Both the position numbers and the translations under genes were made by a program. A stretch of 63,567 nt of DNA, counting the filler, from Thraustochytrium aureum (lineage: Eukaryota), in the NCBI GenBank assembly GCA_012862495.1. It is 4 parts of 3 records of this genome, joined end to end, with 100 filler letters (N's around TTAATTAATTAA, not from the genome) between each part and the next. Parts side by side here need not be neighbours in the genome. Positions count along the whole stretch, not along the records: positions 1 to 27,220 come from BLSG01000141.1; positions 27,321 to 58,783 come from BLSG01000141.1; 2 more parts are not named here. One strand, given 5' to 3'. Below the pieces are notes generated by a model that saw nothing but the letters and a program-made list of their open reading frames with translations, was not told where the DNA came from and did not search any database. Positions 24,393-36,021 of the stretch are shown piece by piece; position 1 is the first letter of the stretch; every line of letters starts with the position of its first letter.

Positions 24393-25696
24393 TCACTCGG
24401 AGATCTTGTTGGGGCGCGAGCCCTTTTTGCGCTCCGCAAAGTCGTCGATCTCCTCGTCGTTGAACGTGACCCGGTAGCTCTCACCATCCAGGACATTCGT
24501 GGCCATGTAAGTAAAGTCTTTAAAGTCCTCGTTGACCTTGGAGAGCGCGCCGTCGGCGGGCGTCGGCGTGACCGCAGCCGGAATGCTCGTGAAGGATTTG
24601 TCTACGTTGCGCGTATCCTCCGATCCGTGCACGACGGGCTTGAACGGCGGCTCGATCTCCTTGGCGAGCAGGGCGTCAAAGTCAATTGGAGCAAAAAACG
24701 GGTGGCTACGAATCTCCTGCGCCCCTCGGTACCCGAGCCGCTGGAGCGGGTCGCGCTGCAGCATGCCGCGGCAGATGGAACGGGCCTCCGGGTTCATGTG
24801 CGGCGGGAAGCGGAGCTCCGCGCCGAGGATCTTCTTGTACATGCGGTCGCGATTGCGGTCGTAAAAGGGCGGAAGGCCGGAGATCATCTCGTACAGGAGC
24901 GTGCCGAGGCTCCACCAGTCTACGGCTTTGCCGTACTGCTGCCGCTTGAGGACCTCAGGGGCCAGGTACTCGGGCGTGCCGCAGAACGAGCGCACGTTGT
25001 CGTCCGTGACGTTTTCTTTCGAGAGGCCAAAGTCTGTGATGCGGATGTGGCCGTCCGCGTCAAGCAGCAGGTTTTCTGGCTTGAGGTCGCGATAGATAAT
25101 GTTCATCGCGTGCACGTGCTCGAGCCCAAGCGCGATCTCGGCGGCATAGAAGCGGGCGCGCTCCTCGCTAAAGCGCCCGCCCTTGCTCAGGTAGTGAAAC
25201 AGCTCGCCCCCGTTAAAGTAGTCAAAGATCATGTACAGCTTTTGCGTCGTTTGGAAGGCAAAGCGCAGGCTCACGATGAAGGGGTGGTCGATCTCCTCGA
25301 GGATGCGGCGCTCCGCCATCGTGTGCTCGAACTGTTTGCGCTTGAGCACCTGCTCCTTCTTGAGCACCTTCATTGCAAAAATCTTGCCGGTGTCCTTCTT
25401 CTTGACCTGGATCACCTTGCCAAATGAGCCCTTGCCGACCACGGTCATGAGCACAAAGTCGTCCAAGGAGACTTTCTTTTTCGCGCTGTTCTCCGCCACC
25501 TGCGAGATGACCCCGCCGCCGCTCTTCTTGTCCTGCTTGGCGCTCACGTCCTTCTCCTTGCGTGAGGACCCAGCCGCGGTCGACTTGGAGGGTTTGCTCG
25601 TGCTTCCCGAGTACGTCCCGCTCGTGCTTCCCGCCTGGGACTTGGACCCCTTGCTGGTCTTCGAGACCGCTTGCGCGAGGACGACTCGTTCCCCAT
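24393..25696 (-). CDS. AGC-family Ser/Thr kinase (SGK/PKB/S6K/Ypk-like), no PH domain
   Basis: LDDFVLMTVVGKGSFGKVIQV, FAMKVLKK, IIYRDLKPENLLL, DFGLSK, SFCGTPEYLAPE, VDWWSLG, PPFKP, turn motif TPTP and hydrophobic motif FKDFTY. Probable start MGNESS at 25696, which is one base out of frame. Confidence 0.95.
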
Positions 25697-26979
25697 CTCT
25701 CCTCCACGCGCTGGNNNNNNNNNNNNNNNNNNNNNNNNNNNNNNNNNNNNNNNNNNNNNNNNNNNNNNNNNNNNNNNNNNNNNNNNNNNNNNNNNNNNNN
25801 NNNNNNNNNNNNNNNNNNNNNNNNNNNNNNNNNNNNNNNNNNNNNNNNNNNNNNNNNNNNNNNNNNNNNNNNNNNNNNNNNNNNNNNNNNNNNNNNNNNN
25901 NNNNNNNNNNNNNNNNNNNNNNNNNNAAAAAGGTGAACTTTTTGGTTTGTTTTCTCCAAGAAGGTAATTTCTCCAACCTCAGAATGCATGCGTCAGAACA
26001 AACACCAACAAAAGCAACGAAAAGCACAAGCACAAGCAAAGGACGAGACAAAAAAACCACCAAAGTACTCGCCGTACTCGCCGTACTTGCCTCCCTGCCG
26101 CTGCTCTCAGAGACGCAACGAGAGGCATCCGCGAGGTTCACACTTTCCTTTCGTTCGTCGCTCCCGAGCGCGTCTTGATTGAACGCACTTTTCCCTCGCA
26201 GTTATCCAACTTGGAGCCGCAGAATGTGCATGGAAGGGAGCGAAGAACAGGAAACGGAGGCCGGCCTCCTCGCATCCGCCCACCTCGGCCTGCCCTGCCC
26301 TCCCTGCCGCCCAGGGAGAGCTGAAGCTCGGGCGGGTTCCACCTCGGGTAAATCTACGGTGGACTGCGAGGATACGCCGTGAGCACGGCGCTTGCGGCTC
26401 TTTGTCGTGGGCAAGCAGAGGTGTGAACGCACTTTTTGTTTGTTGTTGTTGTTGTTGTTGTTCAAGTTGTTTTTTGCTTGCTTGGCGCTGTTGAGAAGCG
26501 TGCCACCACGCCGAGCAAGTTGACCGAGTCCTCTGCACCTGCCTCCTTTCAACTTGGCTCGGCGTGCAGTTCAGCTGGCTGGCATTGCATTGCCCGTGGA
26601 AGCCCGCCGTCCAGGCTCCTTGCACACCGGCCGCTCGCTGGGCGAGTACCACCGCCCAGGCCGCCGGCCGGCTGCAGCTCCGGCTCTGGCCTGATAGTGC
26701 TCGCCAGGCAACAAGATGTGCAGGCAGGCAGGAGGCAGGCAGGCCGTGAGCGAAGATGGTCGTGTTGGCGACTCTGTCCCTGCGAGACAGAAGATGTCCG
26801 TTGGGGGATTTGGCTGGGATGACCGAGTCGGCTGCGGCGCGGAAGAGCGAGACGCAGTGCCGGCGCCGACACGAGGAGCCCCCGTCGCATCCGATTCGCA
26901 CCGAATCGGCAATTCGCAGTAAGCGCAGGACCAGCACGAGCACCAGCTGACCAGCTGCAACAACAGCGGGCGGGCGACC

Positions 26980-27220
26980 ATGGCGAGCGGCAGCGGCGGA
27001 TACGGGATCAGCGGGCACCGCAACGCGTACCAGACAAAGGTGCTCGTAGGAAACTGGGTAGAGGATGCCGTGGGCGCCGAGCTGGCGCACAGAAAGGGGC
27101 GCCCCGAGTTCTACGGAGTTACCGAAGCCGCGCATCACTTTTCGCATCCAGCCACCAAACCGGCGCCGCGTGCCGTCAAGGACACGACCGAAAAGGTCTC
27201 GATGCACGGGCTCGAAAAGG
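26980..27220 (+). CDS. Putative axonemal microtubule inner protein with NWE motif (CFAP68/95/107-like); partial, truncated by scaffold end
   Basis: YQTKVLVGNWVED matches the Y..KVL.GNW.E (NWE) motif of ciliary MIPs. Confidence 0.6.
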
Positions 27221-27320
27221 NNNNNNNNNNNNNNNNNNNNNNNNNNNNNNNNNNNNNNNNNNNNTTAATTAATTAANNNNNNNNNNNNNNNNNNNNNNNN
27301 NNNNNNNNNNNNNNNNNNNN
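27221..27320. other. Artificial scaffold-join spacer N44-TTAATTAATTAA-N44
   Basis: 12-mer with stops in all six frames embedded in Ns; identical structure at 58784-58883 and 62260-62359. Confidence 0.95.
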
Positions 27321-28832
27321 CCGGCGGCCTGCACTGCGCGGACAGTGCCGCCTAGCTGGCTACGCGCAGCCTTTCCGCAACTTGCTCCTCCCGGTCTTGC
27401 TGGCCGCTGAGGACCTTTTGCCTCCGCGCCAACTTGAGGCGCATCTCCTCCGCGAGCGAGAGCGGCCTGGGGGCAGCAGCGGCAAGCGCCCCTGCCGGGG
27501 CCGGGCCTTGCTCGGCCAGGTCGTCCTCCCCTCCGAGCGAGCTTGATCGTTGCGCGAGACGCGCCGCCTCGTCCCTCCGGCGCGCCTCGGCGTTGCGCTT
27601 GAGAAAGGCCAAAATTGTCCTTATTCCTGATCGCCGCGAGCAAGTCCGAGGGCCCGCCAGACCGAGCAGGCGCGGAACCCCCCTCCGCTACAGCTCCTGC
27701 TGCCCTGGGTGGCGGCGGAACAGGTACCGGGTCGAACCGAGCTGCATCGTCAAAACTCGTTCCCAAAGGCGCCTCTGCTGGCAGGGGAAGCGGGGGGGGC
27801 AGCGGTATGTGCCGCTCCTCAATGGGCTTTGGGGCATCCACTGGGTCTTGGCTGGGTGGTTGCGCTGCTGGCGGACCGCCTTGGCCAGCTGTGGTTGCAT
27901 TGAGCGGTGCAACGGGATCGAGCGAGAAAACAGACGGCAGCTCGGGCATTTCCGCGCGGCGAACAGACGGCGCAATAGAGGAAGAGCCAGGGAAATGGCT
28001 GTCGGCTGCTTCAGCAAAGCTCAAGTCGGCAATGTCGGGCAGGTCGAGGTTCGACGGCAGGTCGAGGCGCGCCATTCCATGCATGCTGGGCTTGAAGGAC
28101 ACATCATACGCAGCGAGCTCCGGCAGCACGTCCCCGTCCTTGAGCGAGGCTGGCGCAGCGCCTATCGTGTCGAGAGCGCTCCCGTTGGTGAGAGCATTGC
28201 TGACTGTTGTCGGCGTGGCAATCGGGGCGGCTTGCTCAGCAACCGCAGGGAGGACGTCCTCGAAGGCGCTGTCGACGCCGCCAAAGGTGATCACGCTGTC
28301 AAGCAGCCGCGTGGAACGCGGGAGTGGGCCCGCCCCGCGCTCTTTGGCTCGCCGACCTCAAGCCGCGGCGCGCCGAGGGCCACGATGGTGTCCAGCACGC
28401 CGACCTGCGCAGCGTAGTCAAGGATGTGGTCGCGGTCGGTCCCAGCGGCACCAGCGGGTAGAGGCGGCTCCTCGATCCCCGCCACCATGCCGTGCTCTTC
28501 CAGCGTTTCGCGCAGCAGCCCAGCCGCTTCTCCCTCTCGAAACAGCGACGGCCGCACATAGGCGGCCGCGCCGAGGCCTTCGAGGGGAAACCTGGCAGTG
28601 GCGACCACTGTAGTCGCCTTTCCCTCCCTGGCGCGGGCGGCTATCTCTTCGACGCGCGCCTGGGCCGCCTCGGCGCGGCTGCGCAGCGCACCAACTCGGG
28701 CGCGCTGCGGTCAACGCGTTCGAGAATCCTATCCAGGACCAGCGTGGTGGCCGCGTCGAGCTGCGTGAGCGCGTCCACGACGCTCGCGGCCGTCTCGGCG
28801 CCATCGTAGTCGTGGCTTGTCACCGCGATCAT
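27321..28832 (-). CDS. WASH1: WASH complex subunit 1 (Arp2/3 nucleation-promoting factor); several frame breaks, 3' end probably lost at scaffold end
   Basis: WAHD-like N-terminus (DYDGAETAASVVDALTQLDAATTLVLDRILERV), LDLPSNLDLPDIADLSF, poly-Pro tracts, WH2-like GGPSDLLAAIRN and central helix LSLAEEMRLKLARRQKVLSG. Confidence 0.8.
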
Positions 28833-29864
28833 GTCCCCGCGCGCCGCCGCCGCTCGCGTCTGCTCCGCCGCCCACCACGGTGCGCCACGCCCAATGGCGA
28901 CGTGACGACGGTGAACTCCGTGTGACGTAAATTGGCGCACCTACAACGGGGACGCGCGAGAGATNNNNNNNNNNNNNNNNNNNNNNNNNNNNNNNNNNNN
29001 NNNNNNNNNNNNNNNNNNNNNNNNNNNNNNNNNNNNNNNNNNNNNNNNNNNNNNNNNNNNNNNNNNNNNNNNNNNNNNNNNNNNNNNNNNNNNNNNNNNN
29101 NNNNNNNNNNNNNNNNNNNNNNNNNNNNNNNNNNNNNNNNNNNNNNNNNNNNNNNNNNNNNNNNNNNNNNNNNNNNNNNNNNNNNNNNNNNNNNNNNNNN
29201 NNNNNNNNNNNNNNNNNNNNNNNNNNNNNNNNNNNNNNNNNNNNNNNNNNNNNNNNNNNNNNNNNNNNNNNNNNNNNNNNNNNNNNNNNNNNNNNNNNNN
29301 NNNNNNNNNNNNNNNNNNNNNNNNNNNNNNNNNNNNNNNNNNNNNNNNNNNNNNNNNNNNNNNNNNNNNNNNNNNNNNNNNNNNNNNNNNNNNNNNNNNN
29401 NNNNNNNNNNNNNNNNNNNNNNNNNNNNNNNNNNNNNNNNNNNNNNNNNNNNNNNNNNNNNNNNNNNNNNNNNNNNNNNNNNNNNNNNNNNNNNNNNNNN
29501 NNNNNNNNNNNNNNNNNNNNNNNNNNNNNNNNNNNNNNNNNNNNNNNNNNNNNNNNNNNNNNNNNNNNNNNNNNNNNNNNNNNNNNNNNNNNNNNNNNNN
29601 NNNNNNNNNNNNNNNNNNNNNNNNNNNNNNNNNNNNNNGTTTGTCGGACCCTCCTCGGTTGGAGACGGTCAGGCCGTGCATTCCTTGACAGCGATTGTGG
29701 AGCTTGGTCCACGACGACGGCGCCAAAGGATGCGAACGACCCGGTGCGTGCGAGCGGGCCCGATGCGTGCTGCGGTATCGTCGCGAGGCTGGACGGCGTT
29801 TCGCGAATATAGCCTGAATGCAATCATGGTTGACCCTCTGAATAATGACGGCCCAATCGTTACG

Positions 29865-29865
<1 letters not shown>

Positions 29866-29910
<45 letters not shown>
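29866..29910. repeat. (CCG)n trinucleotide microsatellite
   Basis: About 14 near-perfect CCG units. Confidence 0.85.
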
Positions 29911-29913
<3 letters not shown>

Positions 29914-30589
29914 ACGGCTTCCAAAATCGCGGGGTCTTGCTCCGCCAGCGCTGAGAGATCGCTGCTTGCACTCTGTGATTGGCTGCTTTCTCGGCAGGCC
30001 GCGACGGCAAGGGGCGGTTCCGGGCACAACTCTGAGGTTGGTTCGTCAAGGGCCGTTAGGCGCTGAATACCAGGAATGGCAGCAGATTGAGACGGCCACA
30101 AGGACATGTTGACGTGTTGACATGTTGACGTGTTGGTCCTCGGTGGTGGTCGGTTTGGGGTGCACTGAGGGCGAAGCTGCGTGAAACAAAGCTCTGTTTG
30201 CGTGTCTTGCGTGCAGCGCCGAATCTCGGCACTTGACACACAGGAAACTAGTCTCGGCCTGACGCCGCCGACGTCAGGCCACCGCAGGGTTGGATGCCAT
30301 CTCCGTCACCGCCCCGGTCCTGAATGAATATTTTTTCTGAATCCCAGCGCCTGTCGATTTTGACCGAATTGGGTGAGGGCGGCGGTGTGAGAAATTTCAG
30401 GCTCTGAGATGAACGATGTGCGACGAATTCCTGCTTGCACAGCATCGATCATGGACGGTGGCATAACGCCCAAAAGCCCCAAGGCCAAGGCCCCCAGGCG
30501 TCAACAAGAATCGCAAAGGCGCTGCGTGCCTGGCAATACGAGCTTTTGGTCCAGACAGACCGAGTTCGGCGCAACACGACTTGCTGACC

Positions 30590-31627
30590 ATGGAGCACAA
30601 ACAAACCAGCAACTCGGACGACGCGCAACCGCAGCCGCTCGCCAGCAGAGTACTCGGACCCAAAGGAAACGCCTCGCTGCCCTCTTCGGGGTCGAGCAGA
30701 AGGGCGCTGCAACAACATCACTCTTCGCGCACCGCTGGCGCCAACCAGATCAGGGCAGTTCGCAGAAGCCCGCGTCACGCAGGCCAGCAGGCTTTGGCCA
30801 GCAGAATCCAACTGATTGGGAGCGACGACAGGCGACCCCAGGTGCCAGAGGAACGCCACAAGGCGCAGATGACAGCAGCGATGAGCGGCGCCGACAAGGC
30901 AAAGCGCCCGCTAACGACGCGCGACGTGCTGCTCAGTTTCGTCACGCGCAACCCGGCAACGGGCGCCGTTGACGCGTCGGGGATCCTCAGCCAGGCCTGC
31001 TATCAAACGTGGCTGACGACGCGCAAGACGGTGCCGGCATGTCCGCACAACGCCTTCCGCGACGCGGTGAAAAAGGTCTTGCTCGGAAGCAGCCGTGTCA
31101 CGCCGTTCCCGCCGCCGGTGGAGGCAGACCTCCTCGTCCACCTTCGCCACGAGCGTGTCTGGCCATGCTTTGAAGGCCAGCCAGACATCAAGACCGGCTC
31201 ACGCGGTTGGCACATCCGCGGCTACCACGAGAAGCAGGAGACGCGCAGGGCGGCGAGCGTTGCGGGGCCAGCCCCGGCCATGCGCGCCTCGGTTTCGCCG
31301 TCGCGCCAGCAAATGCCGCAGCAGCCACCAGGGGTCGAGGCGCACTCGACGTGCTCACTGCTCATTCCCGACCCAACCGCCTGGTTTGCGCGATACGACT
31401 ACGTCGAGCAGTGCGACGACCCGCGGTGCGAGACGCACAGCGATCGGGGCCTTGCCGACTCATTACCGCTCTTTGCGGACCTCGCGCCGGGCAAGCGCGC
31501 GCGAGACGCGCCGTACGCGCACCAGCCGTGTCCAAAGCGCATGCAACACGGGCACTCGGCGTACGCCAACGTGCTCGATGAGGACCACGATGAGGCGCGC
31601 GAGCTTGCACACTTGCTGTCGCTCTGA
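30590..31627 (+). CDS. Hypothetical protein with one compact conserved-looking domain in a low-complexity context
   Basis: Open 345-codon frame; globular-looking core ILSQACYQTWLTTRKTVPACPHNAFRDAVKKVLLGSSRVTPFPPPVEADLLVHLRHERVWPCFEGQPDIKTGSRGWHIRGYHEK. Confidence 0.65.
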   Translation: MEHKQTSNSDDAQPQPLASRVLGPKGNASLPSSGSSRRALQQHHSSRTAGANQIRAVRRSPRHAGQQALASRIQLIGSDDRRPQVPEERHKAQMTAAMSGADKAKRPLTTRDVLLSFVTRNPATGAVDASGILSQACYQTWLTTRKTVPACPHNAFRDAVKKVLLGSSRVTPFPPPVEADLLVHLRHERVWPCFEGQPDIKTGSRGWHIRGYHEKQETRRAASVAGPAPAMRASVSPSRQQMPQQPPGVEAHSTCSLLIPDPTAWFARYDYVEQCDDPRCETHSDRGLADSLPLFADLAPGKRARDAPYAHQPCPKRMQHGHSAYANVLDEDHDEARELAHLLSL

Positions 31628-32081
31628 TCGCGTTCGCGTTCGCAGCAGTACTCTACCTTTTTTTTAAAGCTTCCAGCGCTTCGCCGCGCGGGACCAATAG
31701 AAACAACTCTCGTGTCGTGCTTGTGCTCAACATCCTCTTTTTCCTCGCGTCTCGGGCCTGACCGCGCGGCGAGCCCTCGCGTCACAAGCGGGCTGGGCCG
31801 CCAACGAGCAAACCCTGCAGCAGCAGCAGCAGAGACAGAGAACCAGCTGCCAGCTCCGCGGCGAGCCAACGGCTGGGCCGGTCCGATGAGATCGTTGATG
31901 ATCTTCAAGTGCGCGACCACGGCTGGCCCGCGCGTCTGCGACTCGGCGCACGCTGGCGAGTGAGTACACACTCGACGAGTACAATTCTTGAAACGGCTGC
32001 AGATCCTCCGGAACGCGTCTGCGTGTCGACACGCCGCAACCCGTGGTGCGAGGCTCCCTCTGCGCCCGCACGGGCCATCAG

Positions 32082-34695
32082 ATGGGCTGGCTGCGCCTGC
32101 TGCTCGTCCCCGGGCTGCCGAGGCGCCTGCTGCGNNNNNNNNNNNNNNNNNNNNNNNNNNNNNNNNNNNNNNNNNNNNNNNNNNNNNNNNNNNNNNNNNN
32201 NNNNNNNNNNNNNNNNNNNNNNNNNNNNNNNNNNNNNNNNNNNNNNNNNNNNNNNNNNNNNNNNNNNNNNNNNNNNNNNNNNNNNNNNNNNNNNNNNNNN
32301 NNNNNNNNNNNNNNNNNNNNNNNNNNNNNNNNNNNNNNNNNNNNNNNNNNNNNNNNNNNNNNNNNNNNNNNNNNNNNNNNNNNNNNNNNNNNNNNNNNNN
32401 NNNNNNNNNNNNNNNNNNNNNNNNNNNNNNNNNNNNNNNNNNNNNNNNNNNNNNNNNNNNNNNNNNNNNNNNNNNNNNNNNNNNNNNNNNNNNNNNNNNN
32501 NNNNNNNNNNNNNNNNNNNNNNNNNNNNNNNNNNNNNNNNNNNNNNNNNNNNNNNNNNNNNNNNNNNNNNNNNNNNNNNNNNNNNNNNNNNNNNNNNNNN
32601 NNNNNNNNNNNNNNNNNNNNNNNNNNNNNNNNNNNNNNNNNNNNNNNNNNNNNNNNNNNNNNNNNNCTGGCGGGTTTAGGGACGTGGATATCGGCGGGTG
32701 CGTGGTCGAGCTGGCGCTGCGCGGTAACGGGTTTGTCAAGTTCTGGGAGTCGACCGAGGGGTTCACGCTTTGTCACCGGCCAGACGGGATGTTTTCGTTC
32801 ATCGGGCTCGACGGGTTGTGTAGTGACGAGCTCCTGAGTTGCACCAAGGACAGACCGTCCTGGGACGGGGCGCAGGTCGGGAGCAGGCCGCCGGCGAGCG
32901 CCGACGAAGACGCGCACTATCCCGCCTGGGCGCAAGACTCGTATTCGGCGCGCCGCATCGAGCTGCTGCCCGGGCGGCTTGCGCGCGCAGCAGCGACGGC
33001 CGCAGCACGCGATGGAAAGGGACGCCGGCTGCGCGAGGAGCGCAGCTTGCAGGACAGCGGGGACGACGTTGAGACCATGGTCAACCTGGTGCTGATGATC
33101 CGCTTCGCGGACCACGCAACGAGGCAGCTGCCTCCGAAAGAGTCCTACGAGGTGCTATTTAACAGCCCCGCCCCAGACATCAACTTGGCGCCGACCGGGT
33201 CCGTGCGGCAGTACTATCTGGAGCAGTCCTACGGGAAGTTGGAGATCAACTCTGTCCTCTCCGACTGGATAGATGTCTCGTTCTCCGAGCGCGAGGCCGC
33301 TGGCGAATACTCTGCCTCGGAGACGCCGTGCCAGGGGACCTGCTCGTCGGCGCGACTGCGCCAAGCTATCATTGAGGCACTGGCGCTCCTAGAGGCGCGC
33401 GACCCAGAGGCCTTCCGCGCTATTGACGGCAACAAGGACGGCAGAGTCGACATGTTTACCATCGTGCACTCGGGCTACGGCGCAGAGACGGGGTCCACGC
33501 GGCCGGGGTCCAACTACTGGATCTGGTCGCACCGGTTCGAGCTGGATCAGACGTGGCGCGCCCCGTCACTGGGATCGAATTCCTGCCCTACAACGTCAAC
33601 CCTGGCATGTGGGGTGACACGGGCGTGTCTTTGACGCACCTCGGAGTCGTCGCGCACGAGGCAGCCCACTACTTGGGCCTGCCCGACTTTTACGACGTCG
33701 ACGACTCGAGCGCCGGCCTCGGCTTCTACGACGTCATGGCCAACTCGTGGGGCGTCGACGGCACGCAGCGGTACCCCGGGTCGTTTTCGTGCGCCTCAAA
33801 GTTTGCGCTCGGCTGGATTGAGCCCGTCATTGCCAGGACGGGCGAGGCGGCAGAGTACACGCTGCGCCCCGTGCAGGACTCGGCCGAGTGCCTCGTGCTC
33901 TCGCTGAACCACGACCTTTCAACCGGCGTCACCAACGAGCAGTTCAATACGCTGCAGTTTGTCCTTGCAGAGAACCGGCGCGCCTCGGGGTGGGACCGGT
34001 TTCTTGCGGGGGGGGTCTTGCTCTGGCACGTCGACCACAGCAAGCTGTACATGCGCGTGAACGGCCGGACGGTGCTCAACCCGCGCGCAAACGCCGCCGA
34101 GCTGCTGCCCTTCAAGCCCTCCACTTGGGTAGACTCCCACTACGCGGTGCGGCTCATCCAGGCCGACAATGAGCACCACTTGGAGCGCAAGGTCAACCAG
34201 GCTGACTCTGCCGATTGGTGGACTCGCGCTGACCAGGTCGCGGGGGACGGGGAGATCTCGCCCAACCTGCAGACCTACGCTCGGGCGTCGAANNNNNNNN
34301 NNNNNNNNNNNNNNNNNNNNNNNNNNNNNNNNNNNNNNNNNNNNNNNNNNNNNNNNNNNNNNNNNNNNNNNNNNNNNNNNNNNNNNNACGAGTATAGTCT
34401 GGGGAGTGGCGCTCTTGTTCTGCCTGTTGAACCACCCGTGGGCAGCCCTGCGGATGGAGAGCCGCTTTCGGTGTGGGCCTGGGTCGGCATTGGGGCAGCC
34501 AGCATGTTCGGGGCTATCCTTCTGACGATGGCCGTGATGAAGGTTGTGCTGCCCCCGCTGCCTCCCGCAGAGGCCTCGGTGCTCGCAATGCCCACTGGCC
34601 TTGCGGAAGCGCGTCCAGCTCGCACATACGCCGACGTCAAGGCCCGCAAAGAAGCCGACCAGGCGTTGCCCAACCCGGCTGACGACGATCTTTGA
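32082..34695 (+). CDS. Membrane-anchored M6-family (immune inhibitor A-like) zinc metalloprotease; 5' end uncertain (gap), frame break near 33560
   Basis: NLVLMIRFADH, GSVRQYYLEQSYGKL, DGNKDGRVDMFTIVHSGYGAE, IWSHRF, VVAHEAAHYLGLPDFYD (HEXXH at 33655-33669), GLGFYDVMANSWG; C-terminal TM (VWAWVGIGAASMFGAILLTMAVM). The start at 32082 is tentative. Confidence 0.88.
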
Positions 34696-34877
34696 GAGAG
34701 GTCTGCGCGAACCGGCGAGAGCGGTTGGCCCAGGTTCAATTTCGGGTACGATTGCATTGCAGCAGGTGGTGGCCGACAGCGTGCTGGCCGCACGCGAAGT
34801 TTATTGCGCGAGTAGAGTTACTGATTTGTGTTGTTGTTGTTGTTGTTTTTCCAAAAATTTGTTCGCTTCCAACAGCG

Positions 34878-35816
34878 TTAATCAATCGCCAATGCGCGCC
34901 GCTCCATTGACCTGACCAGCTTGACGAAAGAGTCGCGCGGCGGCTGCTGGTTTGGCCGCAGCTTTTGCTGCGCAGCCAGCTGCTCCGCGGTGGCGTCGCC
35001 GCTCATCAAGTCGTTCATAACGCGCACGTACTCGGCTTTGGGGATGTTGAGCGAGCGAACCTCGCAGCGGTCGGATTCCGCGGCGAGGGCGAGCTCGATC
35101 ATCAGCGCCCCGACAGCCAGAAAAGCACAGGCCAGCTTTGCGTTGCCGGACTGGCGGCCCATCCGCGCCTGCGCGGCCCGCACGAGGACGACGCTTGCCC
35201 CGCCAAGGAGCACCGACATCATAACTAGGAGCTGGTCAGCGAAGCGCCTACCTTGCGCAGGCGGAGGGCGCCAGAGAACTTACGCTGGTGGGGAAAGTGG
35301 GCCATTGCCCACAAGCGCGAATACGCGCAAAGCGCCACGCCAAAGAGCCACGCGGCCGCAGCGAAGCGAGGCTCAAGCAGCGGAGCAAGCTCGCAGAGCA
35401 CCACTGTGGCGAACAGGACAAGCATCGACACCGAGCCGCTGCGCGAGGCCCTCACCCAAGGCTCCAGTTTGTAGTCAACTTGGAACGGCCGTGCACCGTG
35501 GAGGGCCGCGCGGACCGTCTTTCCCAGCACGTAGGCGAGAGCAAGCTCCCAAAACAGTACATAGCCGCGCTGCTGCGCATCCGCGACGTTGCGCAGAGTC
35601 AGCGCGCGCGAGTCTGCCAGCCGCCGCCCGCCACGAAACCTAACCTACCGTAAGGCCAAGCACGGCGAGCCCCGCAACGCACACGGAGAGGTCGTTTCCC
35701 CACCGACTCGACGTCACGGTCGCAACAAACCTGTGCCACGGGTTGCTCCAGCGATTCCTGTTCACCCAGCGCACGAGCTCCAGCTCGGCCTGCCAGACGG
35801 CGGCCACGAGCGCCAT
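34878..35816 (-). CDS. PAP2 / glucose-6-phosphatase-like multi-pass membrane protein (3 exons: 35816-35649, 35572-35284, 35224-34878)
   Basis: The spliced product has a C1-like RAALHGARPFQV and a C3 motif AYSRLWAMAHFPHQLMM (compare G6PC SRIYLAAHFPHQVV); both introns preserve the frame. Confidence 0.75.
35225..35283 (-). other. Spliceosomal intron (59 nt)
   Basis: GTAAGT donor, GCTGAC branch and CTAG acceptor; gives HFPHQ|LMMSV. Confidence 0.85.
35573..35648 (-). other. Spliceosomal intron (76 nt)
   Basis: GTAGGT donor, GCTGAC branch and GCAG acceptor; phase 0, LGLT|QRGYVLFW. Confidence 0.8.
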
Positions 35817-36021
35817 TCCTTTCGCAAAAGCAATCGCCCACAGACTGACAAACCTCGCAGACTGACTGAAGGCGGCCGACCCGAGCAGCCGCTGGGCTAC
35901 TCCGGAGGGTCCGGTTGCTGCTTTTGCTGCCAATGCTGCTCGCGCGTTGCGGCTCTGTGCCTGCCTGCCTGCCTGCCTGCCTGCTCAACTTGAACTGAAG
36001 CTTGGGACGCTCAACGCACAA

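Noticed and set aside
27265..27276. TTAATTAATTAA as a piggyBac TTAA target or biological motif
   Set aside because: It is always centred in a fixed-length N run (three times); it is a six-frame-stop assembly linker.
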